Of a stretch of 64,000 nucleotides of DNA, positions 20,501 through 29,552 are shown in pieces. Position 1 is the first letter of the stretch, and each line of letters starts with the position of its first letter. Position numbers and translations under genes: made by a program. The notes beneath the pieces were generated by a model. It did not search any database and was not told the origin of the DNA. It saw only the letters and a program-made list of their open reading frames with translations. The DNA is from a virus (Duplodnaviria; Heunggongvirae; Uroviricota; Caudoviricetes), in IMG/VR virus record IMGVR_UViG_3300015214_000024, positions 73,787-137,786 of that record; one strand, given 5' to 3'.

Positions 20501-23500
20501 TCCGTCGTGGCCTTGAATAACGAAAATCGGTTCCTTCAAAGTCAAGTCAACAAATTTTTCTGGAGTGTAAACGGGGTATAGTCCTAGACGACTTGGTGTC
20601 GCTGGGATAAAGCTGCCACTAATAGTATTATAAGTGAATGGGAATTGCTCATTTTTTGCTAAATTAATAGCTTTGATAGCATCGTATAACCAAACTTTAG
20701 GATCTAAGTTTGATGTATAAGTAGTATCACTTAAATAAGCCGTTATCTTATTAATTAGCTTATTTTTAAATCTAATATATTCTCTTTCTGAATATTTGAT
20801 AGCACTAACGATATTCAAATTAGCGTTACTGCTAATACCCATCACTCTTGCTAAAGAATTGTGATGTTGTAGAATCTCAGTACCAACGCCATAATTAACA
20901 TTCAAATTTCTATAATTGTTTGATCCTGATGCAACGCCGTCAAAATTATTTTGATTACCAATTATTGAAAGGAAGTGTTGCAAATAATCACTCTTACTGA
21001 TTGTCGACACTTCTTCATTAAATGGGTTTGCTGACAAGTTGATAGGTAGTTCAAAACTAGTAATTGCTGACCTTTTTAATGTGTCATTTGTGAAGAATTT
21101 AAATTCTACAATTGAATTTTTTCCAATTGGCTCATCAAATGTGATAGTTGTCCCATCAACGGTATAATTAGAAACTAAAATACCATCAACATATACAAGT
21201 AAGTCAGATGGAACATAGTCAAGATTGAAGGATGAAGTTTCAATCTTGACCTCGAATTGAGAAACTAGACGCTGCGAACTGAGTGATGGTGACTCATACC
21301 AGCTATTGCCAAATTCATTCTTATAAAAATCTCGATAGAAATAATAGCCATTAATTGTTGCTTGATCTGCGCCATACTTGTAAGAGGCTAATTCTAAATC
21401 ATTATTGAAAAGGATTTCTCCATACTGATCATAGGCCAATCGTATATCTAAATAAGGATCAATTATTTGTGTCGAGGTAGTGTTTTCTGAATAGCTGAAA
21501 ATAGTATTACCAGAAAATGTGCTGAAAGGATAGGTTCCAGCATCATTCAATTTGACTCCAGACAAATCATATAACATAAACAATGGTTTTTGATTTCTAG
21601 TTTCTTTTGCTTGCGCTTTAATCCAGGAAGAACTGCTATTGCTCCAATAATATTCAGAACCAGCATTTGAACCACTGTCAATTAACAATATATCACCATC
21701 TTGGAAGTTATCTAAATAGCCAGAAACTTGGTATTGATTATCAATGTATTCAACACGTAATCCATTGATATTTGTAGAAGTGCTTAGTGTAAAATGTTCA
21801 GAGACATCTAAACCACCTACATATACTTTAAATTCACCATTTGATCCATTAAAAGATGTAACATTACCATTAGAATCGGCAGCTATCAAGTGATCACTAT
21901 TAGTAATAAAGCTAATAATATTTGATGGGCTGAAATCTGTGTGGTCACCATCAACCATTTTATAAACAGTAGTTGAATCACTAATACCGTCTAAAGTTTC
22001 TACTTTAAAGATTAGACCGGCTGTATTTTGATCATTGATAAGAGTCTCAAAACCATTTGAGTCAATTGACAAGTTATTTTCACCAGTTGAAGTAAAATCT
22101 GCATTATTGGCAGCAATTGTACTGGCTAGAAGTGGGCCATAAATGACTGTACCGTCAAGTTTACTAACTGTCCATAATGTGTCATTTGCTGTATTTCTTT
22201 TATCAGCCGTTAATGTAATAGTGTTTTGTGCTGGCACACCAGCATTATCATATTCGACAATATTAGATGAAGTATTGATAAAAATTAATGCTGGTGAATT
22301 TGAATTTGCACTAGCTTTAGATTTTGATAATTTAAAATTAGCGGATAGGTTAATTCCAGCATAAGGTCCGAGACCTTTAGCAGCAATTCCTAATGTTGAA
22401 ACATCAGACCCAATTCCTGATTCAATAAGTTGAATTGAATCACCAACTCCACTGACTGTGAAAATTCTATCCTTAAAAATCGTTGGAACTATTACTATAG
22501 ATACTTCACCAGTTTGCAATCCTGTAGATACAAATTCTTCATTAATAGTGATAGACGTTGGTGAAACAGCTCTGATATGGTAAAAGCCATCTGCAGATGA
22601 ACCAAATAATCTAATTTTTTGACCAGCACTAAACACTGTGTTGAAAGTCGTACCACCAGTGATAATACCGTGACCACCACCGTTTCCTAATGTGATAGTA
22701 TTTGCCGCTATGGTTTGGCCAGATGAAGAATCCCATCTTCCGGCACCACCGTTTTCACCCGCAAATGATGGATAATCCCAACCAAAATTTTCATCTATAT
22801 TTGGATTAGTGAAAAGAATCCTCATTCCATTACTTAATGAAGTACCGTCAATTACATAATTAACTGAGCCATTAATTACTGATGGGTTTGTGGTCGTTGA
22901 ATCAAGCAAATCAACTGAATTTAATCGAGTTTTACCATAATTGTAAAGTTCCAGATTTTTATTAAATTCAATAATTGGTCGCTTAGCTCGGAAATTCTTT
23001 GCAATATCTGCATTACCTGAACTTAAATCATCAATATGGTACCATCTGTTGCTTACTGACCAAGGATTTTGGTCTAAAGAATCTCTTGATATAACAATAT
23101 AATCTTGATCGCCAATATTGTCTGCAATCACAGTCTCTATTTCTTGTGAAATAATAATATTGTCAATACCGAAAGACTCATTATCGAGACTTTCGTCAGT
23201 TATAGAACCAAATCCAAGCTTGATGTTGGATGTTATCCCAGCAATGTTAACTTCAACTCGATATATTCTATCAACAAAACCATTATAAAAACCCAATTCT
23301 TCTTGTGAAGACATTGGTGATGTAATGGAATATGTACCAGCCCCACCACCAGATAGTGTAAAGCTGCCAGTCTTTAAGTAATATGGATCACCAACAGTAT
23401 TAACTTGGTCTGGTATAATTTCAAAAACAGCTTCATCATTGATGTAGACAAAGAGACGTTCTGGACCATAAGCCGCTGGGCTAGTGTGAGTATCTTGAGT

Positions 23501-24235
23501 ATCCCAACTATCAATTTTTAAGAAATTGAATGTTATTGTGGCAGAGTCAGAAGAAGCATTTAAAGCATAATTCTTATAAACGACTTGATGCCCATCTGTA
23601 TTTTCACCAAATCGACCAAGGAATTTGGAAAATAGACCATTTGGGCCAGAAATAGTGGCAGCAGCGTTCGTGCCAACTATCAGCCAGTCATTTGAATTTC
23701 CATCTTCAAATGAATCAGAATGAAGAATAGTATTAACCAATTGAGTGCTGAGACTGTCTGGTAACCACAAATAATTTTGATAGTTAACGAATTTGTCTAA
23801 ATCAATCGGCGGCGCCCAAGAATAATACTTTTCTTGGAATAGTCTATTGTGGTCAAGATCATTACCGCCTTGTAGGCGAATTAGATTTAACAAATCTGGA
23901 TAAAAAATTGCGTGATTTATAGTATCGTTAAGTTCTGTAACAGCCAAAGGGGCCAATTGGTAGACTGAACGATCGTGAGTCTTTTCTGGTAAGTAATATT
24001 CTGTCTGTGGATCGTAATATGGAACTTTTTGACCAATGAAGCCAGCAATATTTTCAGACTTTTCTGGCTGAAATGCGTGGTTAACTGTACTAGAGATAAA
24101 TTTATCAACAAGATCAGTTTTATTAACTGCTGGTAATAAGTCAGTAATGTTTCTTGATTGAGTATCGGTCGTATCGTCAGGATTGATTGCTGATACTTTT
24201 TTCGGATTGATTGTGCTCATATTATCCACTAACAA
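11573..24235 (-). CDS. Giant (4220 aa) baseplate wedge / structural protein
   Basis: Uninterrupted ORF downstream of gp6- and gp25-like genes; YYSWAPPIDLDKFVNYQNYLW N-terminus; repeated beta-rich modules. Confidence 0.8.
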   Translation of the reverse strand: MLVDNMSTINPKKVSAINPDDTTDTQSRNITDLLPAVNKTDLVDKFISSTVNHAFQPEKSENIAGFIGQKVPYYDPQTEYYLPEKTHDRSVYQLAPLAVTELNDTINHAIFYPDLLNLIRLQGGNDLDHNRLFQEKYYSWAPPIDLDKFVNYQNYLWLPDSLSTQLVNTILHSDSFEDGNSNDWLIVGTNAAATISGPNGLFSKFLGRFGENTDGHQVVYKNYALNASSDSATITFNFLKIDSWDTQDTHTSPAAYGPERLFVYINDEAVFEIIPDQVNTVGDPYYLKTGSFTLSGGGAGTYSITSPMSSQEELGFYNGFVDRIYRVEVNIAGITSNIKLGFGSITDESLDNESFGIDNIIISQEIETVIADNIGDQDYIVISRDSLDQNPWSVSNRWYHIDDLSSGNADIAKNFRAKRPIIEFNKNLELYNYGKTRLNSVDLLDSTTTNPSVINGSVNYVIDGTSLSNGMRILFTNPNIDENFGWDYPSFAGENGGAGRWDSSSGQTIAANTITLGNGGGHGIITGGTTFNTVFSAGQKIRLFGSSADGFYHIRAVSPTSITINEEFVSTGLQTGEVSIVIVPTIFKDRIFTVSGVGDSIQLIESGIGSDVSTLGIAAKGLGPYAGINLSANFKLSKSKASANSNSPALIFINTSSNIVEYDNAGVPAQNTITLTADKRNTANDTLWTVSKLDGTVIYGPLLASTIAANNADFTSTGENNLSIDSNGFETLINDQNTAGLIFKVETLDGISDSTTVYKMVDGDHTDFSPSNIISFITNSDHLIAADSNGNVTSFNGSNGEFKVYVGGLDVSEHFTLSTSTNINGLRVEYIDNQYQVSGYLDNFQDGDILLIDSGSNAGSEYYWSNSSSSWIKAQAKETRNQKPLFMLYDLSGVKLNDAGTYPFSTFSGNTIFSYSENTTSTQIIDPYLDIRLAYDQYGEILFNNDLELASYKYGADQATINGYYFYRDFYKNEFGNSWYESPSLSSQRLVSQFEVKIETSSFNLDYVPSDLLVYVDGILVSNYTVDGTTITFDEPIGKNSIVEFKFFTNDTLKRSAITSFELPINLSANPFNEEVSTISKSDYLQHFLSIIGNQNNFDGVASGSNNYRNLNVNYGVGTEILQHHNSLARVMGISSNANLNIVSAIKYSEREYIRFKNKLINKITAYLSDTTYTSNLDPKVWLYDAIKAINLAKNEQFPFTYNTISGSFIPATPSRLGLYPVYTPEKFVDLTLKEPIFVIQGHDGSIMPAYNDFRDDVILEFEQFIYDSIPDSYKSEDTKLYDIMESVSTLYRNAEYSQDDFNQLLTPIILQWSAKEGIEIEINDTYDETDPFTYNYSNQNLPGYWRGIINLYYGTDRPNTHPWEMFGFSEEPDWWQGRYGPRPYRFNNPVLWDDMRNGVIFDGPRKGIYSEYARTGLPAPSDGDGRLRDPISLGLASQALKNDQIKNWEIGDFSPGEAVFRKSSHWPFAVAIIGYLMHPAKFFTYGWDLDNIGLAYPDGENPQLIDRFTGKRPGIDSILQSENGYVGNGLQTWLVDYVMSNGQSTYEFTSTARNIDIRIGYKTGGFINKDTIKLLADNVQTSIPQENVNVFLYQNPSVREAVYSGITITKESNGWVVTGYDILNNYFYALAPDIYSKKTTKSIGQVNIKKFANFTDQVIRVPYGTTFTTIQQVHDFLLGYGEWLATQGWIFENFDAGTNTTDTWEKVANDYILWAQGRWASGASLSLSPSSTNMKFVTNHGFVENLNQLINGVYSLIDVTGSVIDQSDTFINRDGNEVIIQSTIPIFGVRLVVSEIEHVIILDNKTIFNDLIYSQLLNLYQPRLRLQATRTLDWVGRINAPGYFVKADTISPNLEKSVADVQKYFDIEKQVDIPLIQEVARRNIGYQSRSYLDQILISPTTQFQFYQGFIRNKGTISTLSTLLRSGISSGSDDVTFYEEWALKVGDFGNIMNGINAEFYVNPSELRTNIQLFDFSFARLTANMSDNDTVANVENTENLPDQGIIVIDDEKIRYSGKTLSTLTGLERGVLGTTASTHNQYTTFGLDDLAYDSVITINPTDSRWIMKPKILTNSIFNVRPAGGRRFNGEYLLPTDNRVAGYVLPSEMKARYHTIYDFTDNLPILLQDGSLEVNDQIWIDQMPSSDSSFPDQFQVYTIRLKDCDVVGVPFNYTSTLTSPLAINDTSINVSNTESWPDSGIITIGLEKIKYNSKTTTTLTDLERGYNNTLVGNLDQNGDPVNNGDYAAGTLFSIEYSGYGDQVTLELSNNTYSAGDTIIFENFFIDYINYSGVYEVIESYGNNIKIDLAIAESNAVNYEDISILDLIESRYHYESGLFNSNDYSMTVFTLASNLASTDQVIDLTSAKNLKAPGLIQINGEMINYQTINGNKLEGLGRGVNGTTISSHNSGSTVSRLKDVYAYFDAMNSTVAPTTEARWYVKANINNTGWSTIRNQNLKVDTEEFKNTVIYDNNDNFVIAHLQAFDPAKNLFPGQVAAEIDYKLDVDPADYTNGFWGVGQVGQVWWNTNNLVYENYEVSNSYYRSNNWGALSPFSSVDVYEWVESTVTPDQWATNSAASDYYKQTNGEPYYDSNGIAPYIVGEKVNKNNQTVTVYYFWVKDLSSNPPFQNRQYSVFQIANILRDPTSEGIVWFAPCGPASLLVANLNNIALNDETSIQINYNNQKNLNDAHTQWLLMREGDELSLPPTGFWNQMKASLSGYNILYQPVPDINVDPINRYGNLKRPRQSWFIDQNKAVKEFFKSVNRLFELDQIVDREGFNNLLADADAPAAYGTVLASTRPINPCEFSDPLNYNSNNTGTDSSFIVDTFIERNSLVENGLATIDDQILVRAGTDTGGFWRIYKVLNTTIPVSNDNFVETCAESFKYTDFWDYADFSTPDYDSNALVKFTYEKFEDIVLSLLAVGDLVRITDFYNDGTGIEAVYEYTADGFDLKFRENGTIQFDVDKFIDLTYGNPNKKITSSFYPNGVPGRQLAIESIIDILRNTIFTNMEVNLIFFSMINQVFSEQLNVDWAFKTTYIVGEGLNQVASQSPVFISNRSDSFIEYIQEAKPYHTKLRDFRINLMIGTDIAKTIVTDFDKPVWFDPELNDYRVLDPNDAGDMAIMTDPNSDQYWWSQYYNKGTHQVREIETTMYFDRVSCKASFGWDSAGWGEQVWDADIPEYLTAADRIVQSYQELPFDQADVLNNNVNTNLNLDDLIPGCSFRGTIVNNATFKDLVQNPIGGWSSAASGPWSDTPWSPLASGSNIIDVSDYNVVYKGNTSKYRFTRTLNGDGTTTTFSLGGSIGPNDDISVFINDLETENFTLSGSNITFPTALEIGETAKVSVFYDDSFNEASVEESSDIVLDGYLFRQPYIDSDHPEELVINAIGESLSIFVQADGIAADGKVMNKIYGGESNGPFAIGQTATVDDSILVFINGVLQPNDDSVYVISNDRMFVTIRNNIHLTIQDRIDIFSFGIGGEEIISQLHEVLLADTDTFTLDQLSSHPYPLVIVDGDYRNDYTISGDDIVMNTPIVAGSNVDIVVFKTATYTQMIQKNYTFSGLNTFDLGVTLPDDSEAFVSINGLVIANNGDFPDYDINGQTLTIFNKVKGASDLYNGAAFEINGTTVSGATINDLISAINNIANFISYVDKKQLVIANIIGDPITIGDSAGGASSMGINVGTRNSIMDSDDIVEVFMAPHDIAVYETPTYSSIVEYAIPHDIMVASQVTATLNGNAISYSIDTVKNTIILASDPGEGNWLEMKIKFINHVDITGTNGGTYNVGFVPFSPDQLMVFVNGIRLKHNDDYTTDGQMLNIPSSIDGDEIQVYYYSSRNANGNGSFIVHYDQESNRLSQDYQASNIFTLGNAITETDTTLVLNDLTDFNYGRLTLVKNLDVEEIFVREPLSLVKKNIASYTTLPNPVTTINQISVIQQVLSPDGITYVDGSYMTPLVDYNYNPSNRQLSFSSPVSNVRIVVRYMINNVVYDVIRNYDYTTSYTFAAGTKLYHHSGQHAKNRLYRVSIENTTSLAEPLKWRDREIVLTDAIDLPSQGSSQARMDKPGVIWIGGERIEFWRRDGNVLKQIVRGTGGTSAGYAESVGSTFRYQTEHFGLGEFTQTGYDYTLTSSLIDYMTVGDTVSLNNVKTKITAVGVGTFTVDQLLPIATELTITVFKPKPTIIPSGTAVYNACLPHEYEKGYKWVKSPFGLQFNTVDEMARFINFEYNK

Positions 24236-24295
24236 CTAAATTATATCACATATTTATTACGTGAAAAAACGCTATTCTTGGATAATATGAGTACT

Positions 24296-27200
24296 TTATT
24301 TGCCAATTCTAATAGTATTTGGATTTAAAGATTCCACTATTTGAACATCTGATACTTTTGCAGACGAAATGAATACCTCATTTGATGCTGATCGAACTTG
24401 GAATAACTCACCAAACTTACTTTCTTCATTTAATGGCACAACCACAAATGAGCTGATTATAGTAGCCAATTGTTGATGCACATATGCGGAAAGTTCAGTA
24501 AAATAAAACGATTCGCCAAAATCCCAGTTGTTTATTGAGAAATATACGTTGATTGCGTCAATAATTTTTGATTTAATTTCACCATCAGAGAGTGAAACAC
24601 CTGGAATTTTTGTTACTTTGAAAGATGCACGTAGTTCTTCAGGAGCCTGTGCACCGAAAAGAACTTTATAATAAACAGGATGCCATATTATTTGATCACT
24701 GATTGATTTTTTAGTGCCAATTTCATTAAATGTAATTTTCAAATCTTCACTGGAAGGAGGCTCGGGCATTTCATCCAATGTGCCATTTGAATCAATCCAA
24801 GATCTGATGTTATAATCATATTCAACAGATAGTACATAGTTGTCAATAATATTAGTTGGTGATGGATCAATTCGGTTATCAATTGGGGCGAAATGTTTCC
24901 ATACAAACATCAAATCTTTTCTACCACGGCGATATTCATAAGCATTGGACGTTGTTAGCGCATTTGTAGTGGATGAGTATTGATAGAATATTTTTTGTGA
25001 TCTTATGTAAATCACGTCACCATCACTAAACGTAAAAGGAACACCTAATGCTGAAGAAATTAAACCTTCAACATTATCAATAGAAAGGTCAGTTAGATCA
25101 TTAAAAGATGCTTTTACGCTTGATGTTAGTGATCTTACTGGATATCCGTTTACGTCATACACTGTTTTGAAGAATAACTCACTCGAATCAACTTTAACGT
25201 CTTCCAAATCAGTATGTAACACTGGATAGTCAATGGCTGTAATATCTCGATAAACATAAGGATTATCTGGCAAACCGTCATAGTCACCATCAAAAAATGA
25301 AATTTTAATCCTTGATGGGTCAACAAAGCCATCTTCTTCTAAGAACACGTCAACAACATTGACATCATAATCTTCACCTAAAGTCGCATTAGGATTGATG
25401 CTAATTGGAGGAGAATTGATGTCGTCAACTACTACTTTACTATTGACTTTAAGTATTTTAACAAAATCTGACACTTTCTTGCCAGTGTTTAGGTCAATAA
25501 TGCTGTCAGTGTTTGAATAATAGAATTTCACATCTTTAACACTTTCAAAGATATATTCCATAGATCTGGTATAAATTAACCAACTATTTTGGTTAAATTC
25601 TACTCGAATAGTCCAAGAAGCATCTTTCTTTAATCCACTAATGTCGCCAGCGAATTCTAAACTGAATGGGCTATTTTCATCAACATTGTTACCAGTAATG
25701 ATCTTCCAAGTTCTGTCACTTGTATCATATCGTAGGCCAAATGCTGTTTTTAAGTTAATGAAACTCGCAATTTGCGATGTTTCTGTTTGACTGAAGCTGT
25801 TAGGATAAGGTGGTATAATTGCCAATACAACATTTGGATCACCATTAACTGAACCCGGAATGATTTCACTTAGTGTGATTGCGCCATCACCATTTGCTGC
25901 GCCAACCGTACCATTGTTAATTACCTTTTTTACGCCTACCCAATTACCATATTTGAATTTAATTAGCGAACCAGCAACTATATGATATTCCAATCCACCA
26001 GAAACGCCAACGGTTACAGGTATGTTGTTTGATGTAAGATATCCCGTACCAGTATTTGTTGCATTTGAAGCAGGAGTCCATTTCAAATCAATATAGTTTG
26101 CACCATTTGCTACATCGTAGGGATATGATGGATAGTTGAAATAAAAGAATTGGCTGGTTGAATAATCTTTCAATTGGCTTGCGATGTAGCGAGTGACAAT
26201 TTGAGTACTAGTCAGTTCAGAAGGATAATCAACTTCAACTAAGTTAATGTCATCATTCAAATATATCATACCATCCTGTCCCAACAAGGATAAGTTTTGG
26301 CTGTTACCAGTCGGGTCATTGATATCTATATAACGACTGAAGCCGCTGTGAATTCTATTCACACTTTTAATTTTTGCAATACGTGGATCTTTTAACGGGT
26401 AAATGTTGTAGTCTTCACCATTAATCATTCGATCCTGGGTGTAAAATACTTGCGGGGCAACAGTCTTGATACGTTGTGACGATTCACTAGTGAATGAATT
26501 ACTTACTGAATTTTGCAGCTCACATCTGAACGAAATAGTATTGGTTTTGTTATTTTCGCCTGAATAGTAGGAAAAGCTAAATTTAACATTCTTCATATCA
26601 TCAGGTCTAATGGTATAACGAGCATTTGCTGATTGACGATACCAAACACGGAACAATCCGATTGGAATCTGTCCAAAACGACCATCAGCAAAACGAACAG
26701 CAGCTTGGTCATTTTCACGAGTAATGACGTTGTATATTTTCCTGATATTTTTATCAATAGCATTGAAGATAACATTGTTACCAACTAATGCTGGAACTTT
26801 AGTCCATTCTTCCACTAATTGTCCATTGGCATCTATTTCCTGGAGCCAAATGTCTTCGTTATTAATATTGTCATTTTTTAAGTTAATAACTCGGTTTTCA
26901 ATTGGATTACTGATATTGTAATCTTCATTAATCATAGATCCTTGTTTGAAGTAGAAAAAGAAGCCAGTGTTGGGGCTTGAGTTTCCACGACCATCATTTC
27001 TGTAAATTATATTAAAAGCAGTTGCCGGATCGGGTGATTTTTCAAAAAATGTCTCATTATTGTTGAAATCAACATTAACGATTTCAAAATTTAATGATTG
27101 GTTATTAACAATTGCGGAAAATGGGAAACAGTTGTTATATCGACTGACATTGTTAAAAGTATATGTTTGTGTGTTAATTCTAGAAACCAAACCAGAATTA

Positions 27201-27721
27201 GCTGGGTTACCGAATTGGTTGTCTGATAAGAATGCAGCATTTAGGACAAGAATAAACTGCTCAAACCAATCTGGATTTGTGGGATCGTTCCATATAATGC
27301 TTTGATTGGCTAAATTCTGTCCATTGCTGTCATAAACAGTTTGGTTTGTTGAAACTTGGGTTAACTTCACCAATCCTTGCGCTGCTTGATTTCGGCTTGG
27401 TGTATAGCTGAGCATACGCGCGAGTCGTAATATACTGTCACGGCGTTCAGCAGTATCTATGAAATTTTCACGGGTATTGAGATCTAAACGGAACGATAAG
27501 CTTTGGCCAAGGTAGGCCACTAATTCAATAATAGCAACAAATTCGCTTGATTCGATCCAGTCATTAAAATCTTCAGGAAAGTTGATTCTAATATAATCAA
27601 CCATCGAGTCTCTGATTGTTTGGAAATCATAAGCCGTGTAGTTGGCATTAGTGAATGCCTGATAGACTAACCTCCAATCTTCGCTTGAAAACAGTGCTTT
27701 CTGTCTTAGTGCAGTAGTCAT
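24296..27721 (-). CDS. Baseplate wedge subunit (T4 gp6-like)
   Basis: DFQTIRDSMVDYIR, ENFIDTAERRDSILRLARMLSY, FADGRFGQIP, RMINGEDY motifs. Confidence 0.85.
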   Translation of the reverse strand: MTTALRQKALFSSEDWRLVYQAFTNANYTAYDFQTIRDSMVDYIRINFPEDFNDWIESSEFVAIIELVAYLGQSLSFRLDLNTRENFIDTAERRDSILRLARMLSYTPSRNQAAQGLVKLTQVSTNQTVYDSNGQNLANQSIIWNDPTNPDWFEQFILVLNAAFLSDNQFGNPANSGLVSRINTQTYTFNNVSRYNNCFPFSAIVNNQSLNFEIVNVDFNNNETFFEKSPDPATAFNIIYRNDGRGNSSPNTGFFFYFKQGSMINEDYNISNPIENRVINLKNDNINNEDIWLQEIDANGQLVEEWTKVPALVGNNVIFNAIDKNIRKIYNVITRENDQAAVRFADGRFGQIPIGLFRVWYRQSANARYTIRPDDMKNVKFSFSYYSGENNKTNTISFRCELQNSVSNSFTSESSQRIKTVAPQVFYTQDRMINGEDYNIYPLKDPRIAKIKSVNRIHSGFSRYIDINDPTGNSQNLSLLGQDGMIYLNDDINLVEVDYPSELTSTQIVTRYIASQLKDYSTSQFFYFNYPSYPYDVANGANYIDLKWTPASNATNTGTGYLTSNNIPVTVGVSGGLEYHIVAGSLIKFKYGNWVGVKKVINNGTVGAANGDGAITLSEIIPGSVNGDPNVVLAIIPPYPNSFSQTETSQIASFINLKTAFGLRYDTSDRTWKIITGNNVDENSPFSLEFAGDISGLKKDASWTIRVEFNQNSWLIYTRSMEYIFESVKDVKFYYSNTDSIIDLNTGKKVSDFVKILKVNSKVVVDDINSPPISINPNATLGEDYDVNVVDVFLEEDGFVDPSRIKISFFDGDYDGLPDNPYVYRDITAIDYPVLHTDLEDVKVDSSELFFKTVYDVNGYPVRSLTSSVKASFNDLTDLSIDNVEGLISSALGVPFTFSDGDVIYIRSQKIFYQYSSTTNALTTSNAYEYRRGRKDLMFVWKHFAPIDNRIDPSPTNIIDNYVLSVEYDYNIRSWIDSNGTLDEMPEPPSSEDLKITFNEIGTKKSISDQIIWHPVYYKVLFGAQAPEELRASFKVTKIPGVSLSDGEIKSKIIDAINVYFSINNWDFGESFYFTELSAYVHQQLATIISSFVVVPLNEESKFGELFQVRSASNEVFISSAKVSDVQIVESLNPNTIRIGK

Positions 27722-28107
27722 CCGGTAATCTCCTGGGCCGTCATATTTCTTCTATCAAAACCAATTGTAAATATGTCTATGGTATCAAAACTAACATATC
27801 GTAATTGAAAACTTATAGTAATACCGTGCTCTTCTTCTTGAATGTCAGTATTTAAAATTTGTACTCTTGGGTCTGATCTAATTACAGTATTCACATCATC
27901 CAATATTGCATCTCTGGAAATATCGTCCAACGGCTCAAAAAGATAATCCCACAGACTGGACCCGTAATCTGGTCTCATAACTCTTGAGCCTTTTCTTGTA
28001 TTGAAATGGTTCAAGATGTCACGCTTGATTAGGGTCTTGTCTGTGAGTTCAGTAAATGGTTGAGTTTTATCTACGCTACTAAAACCTTTAAATGAAACGC
28101 TTGTCAT
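27718..28107 (-). CDS. Baseplate wedge protein, gp25/GPW family
   Basis: LIKRDILNHFNTRKGSRVMRPDYGS...LFEP...DPRV. Confidence 0.9.
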   Translation of the reverse strand: MTSVSFKGFSSVDKTQPFTELTDKTLIKRDILNHFNTRKGSRVMRPDYGSSLWDYLFEPLDDISRDAILDDVNTVIRSDPRVQILNTDIQEEEHGITISFQLRYVSFDTIDIFTIGFDRRNMTAQEITG

Positions 28108-28154
28108 TAATCAGAACCCTATTTTGTTCTGATATTTATTATAGTGAAAATGGC

Positions 28155-28613
28155 TTATTTCAAAAGGTGGCTAAAGTCTGGTGCAGTCCAACCCTTGCGC
28201 TTGAGTACTTTATTGTCTGCCTTGCGGTAAACAATCCATCGACCATTTTTTTCCTTGTAGTAAGTTTCAACTGGTTCTGGTAGTGAAGCGTAATGTGCTA
28301 CTGTTTCTTTAGCGTGGTCTTCAGAATCGCAAGTTTTGTCCATATTCGAATCGTGAACGATGTTAAAGATCTCATCAAGTGGTATGCCGTAAGCAACGGC
28401 TGTGCCATTAATAATGTAAAGCTGGTCCGCGAGGGCATCAGCAATTTCCACAATATCGTTTGCCTTTTCCCCATCAGTGTATTCCTTGTGCTCTTCTTTT
28501 AGCAGACGCTTGCGGAGAGCGCGAATCTTCTTCTTTGGTAGTCCTGGCTTGTCCTGACTGTAAACGTCAAACGTATCGTGGAATTCTGCAACTTTTTGTA
28601 ATTGTGTTTTCAT
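28155..28613 (-). CDS. MazG-like nucleoside triphosphate pyrophosphohydrolase
   Basis: LLKEEHKEY...EIADALADQLY...VHDSNMDK...KVLK pattern. Confidence 0.85.
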   Translation of the reverse strand: MKTQLQKVAEFHDTFDVYSQDKPGLPKKKIRALRKRLLKEEHKEYTDGEKANDIVEIADALADQLYIINGTAVAYGIPLDEIFNIVHDSNMDKTCDSEDHAKETVAHYASLPEPVETYYKEKNGRWIVYRKADNKVLKRKGWTAPDFSHLLK

Positions 28614-28622
28614 TTATTTCCC

Positions 28623-29552
28623 TCAGTTTATATCTAAAAAATTAGTAATTGAATCAATTTTTTTCTTCATTAAATTGAACATTTTTTTATCACGTTCGAT
28701 TAAAATAAATTTTCTATTAGTATTGAATGCTGCAACGCCTGTTGATCCGCTACCAGCAAAAGTGTCCAAAACTATATCGTTTGGGTTTGAAAGCAATTCG
28801 ATGAAATATTCTAATATTTCTGTAGGCTTTTGGGTTGGGTGAATTTTGTCTTTCCCCAGCCCGCCGCTAAATGTGATAGTATTCGGTATAACACATTCAA
28901 TTTGATTATTAGATGTTTTTCTTGAAGACATCATCTTCTTCGAATCAGCTAATGCTAATTTAAATATTTCATCTATAGTCTTGTTGTTTTTTTCATCTTT
29001 AATCATTTTATAAACAATACTGCTAATTTTATCAGCGCAAGCATATCGTTCAACGATAGAACCCTCAACACTATTGGCATTAAATGTTCTCTTGCCACCG
29101 GGCTTGACACCAAACAAAATGTATTCACAGGCACTTACTGGATTAACTTTCCTATTAAATGGTACTGCTGCCGGCTTCTTCCAAGTCCAAACACGCTTTG
29201 GCTCAAAACCAGCTTTTTCCATAGCTTTCCACAAATATGATATGTATTGATCACTGATAAAAATTGCAAATGCGCCACCTTTGCGTAATTTTTTAAACCA
29301 AGCTTCTGACCATTGACCAAGTTGGATGATAAATTCGTCGTGTGATACTGAATCCCATTTCTCATCAAAATTCTCATCAAAATTTTGATTATGAATACCA
29401 CTTTTATTTTCACCAGTTTCTTTATTAATCCATACTGGATTAGCACCGTTTTCGCTAATATTGTATGGCGGATCAGTTAATAGTAGATCAATAGATTCGT
29501 CATCTACGTGGTTTAATTCTACCATCATATCTCCCATATATAAGTCTGCCAT
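28623..29552 (-). CDS. Amino (N6-adenine / N4-cytosine) DNA methyltransferase, beta class
   Basis: DPPY motif precedes HPTQKP and DTFAGSGSTG; ATG overlaps the upstream TGA. Confidence 0.92.
   Translation of the reverse strand: MADLYMGDMMVELNHVDDESIDLLLTDPPYNISENGANPVWINKETGENKSGIHNQNFDENFDEKWDSVSHDEFIIQLGQWSEAWFKKLRKGGAFAIFISDQYISYLWKAMEKAGFEPKRVWTWKKPAAVPFNRKVNPVSACEYILFGVKPGGKRTFNANSVEGSIVERYACADKISSIVYKMIKDEKNNKTIDEIFKLALADSKKMMSSRKTSNNQIECVIPNTITFSGGLGKDKIHPTQKPTEILEYFIELLSNPNDIVLDTFAGSGSTGVAAFNTNRKFILIERDKKMFNLMKKKIDSITNFLDIN

Noticed and set aside
11900-24111. Numerous short ORFs inside the giant baseplate gene
   Set aside because: Antisense or off-frame shadows with no recognisable motifs.
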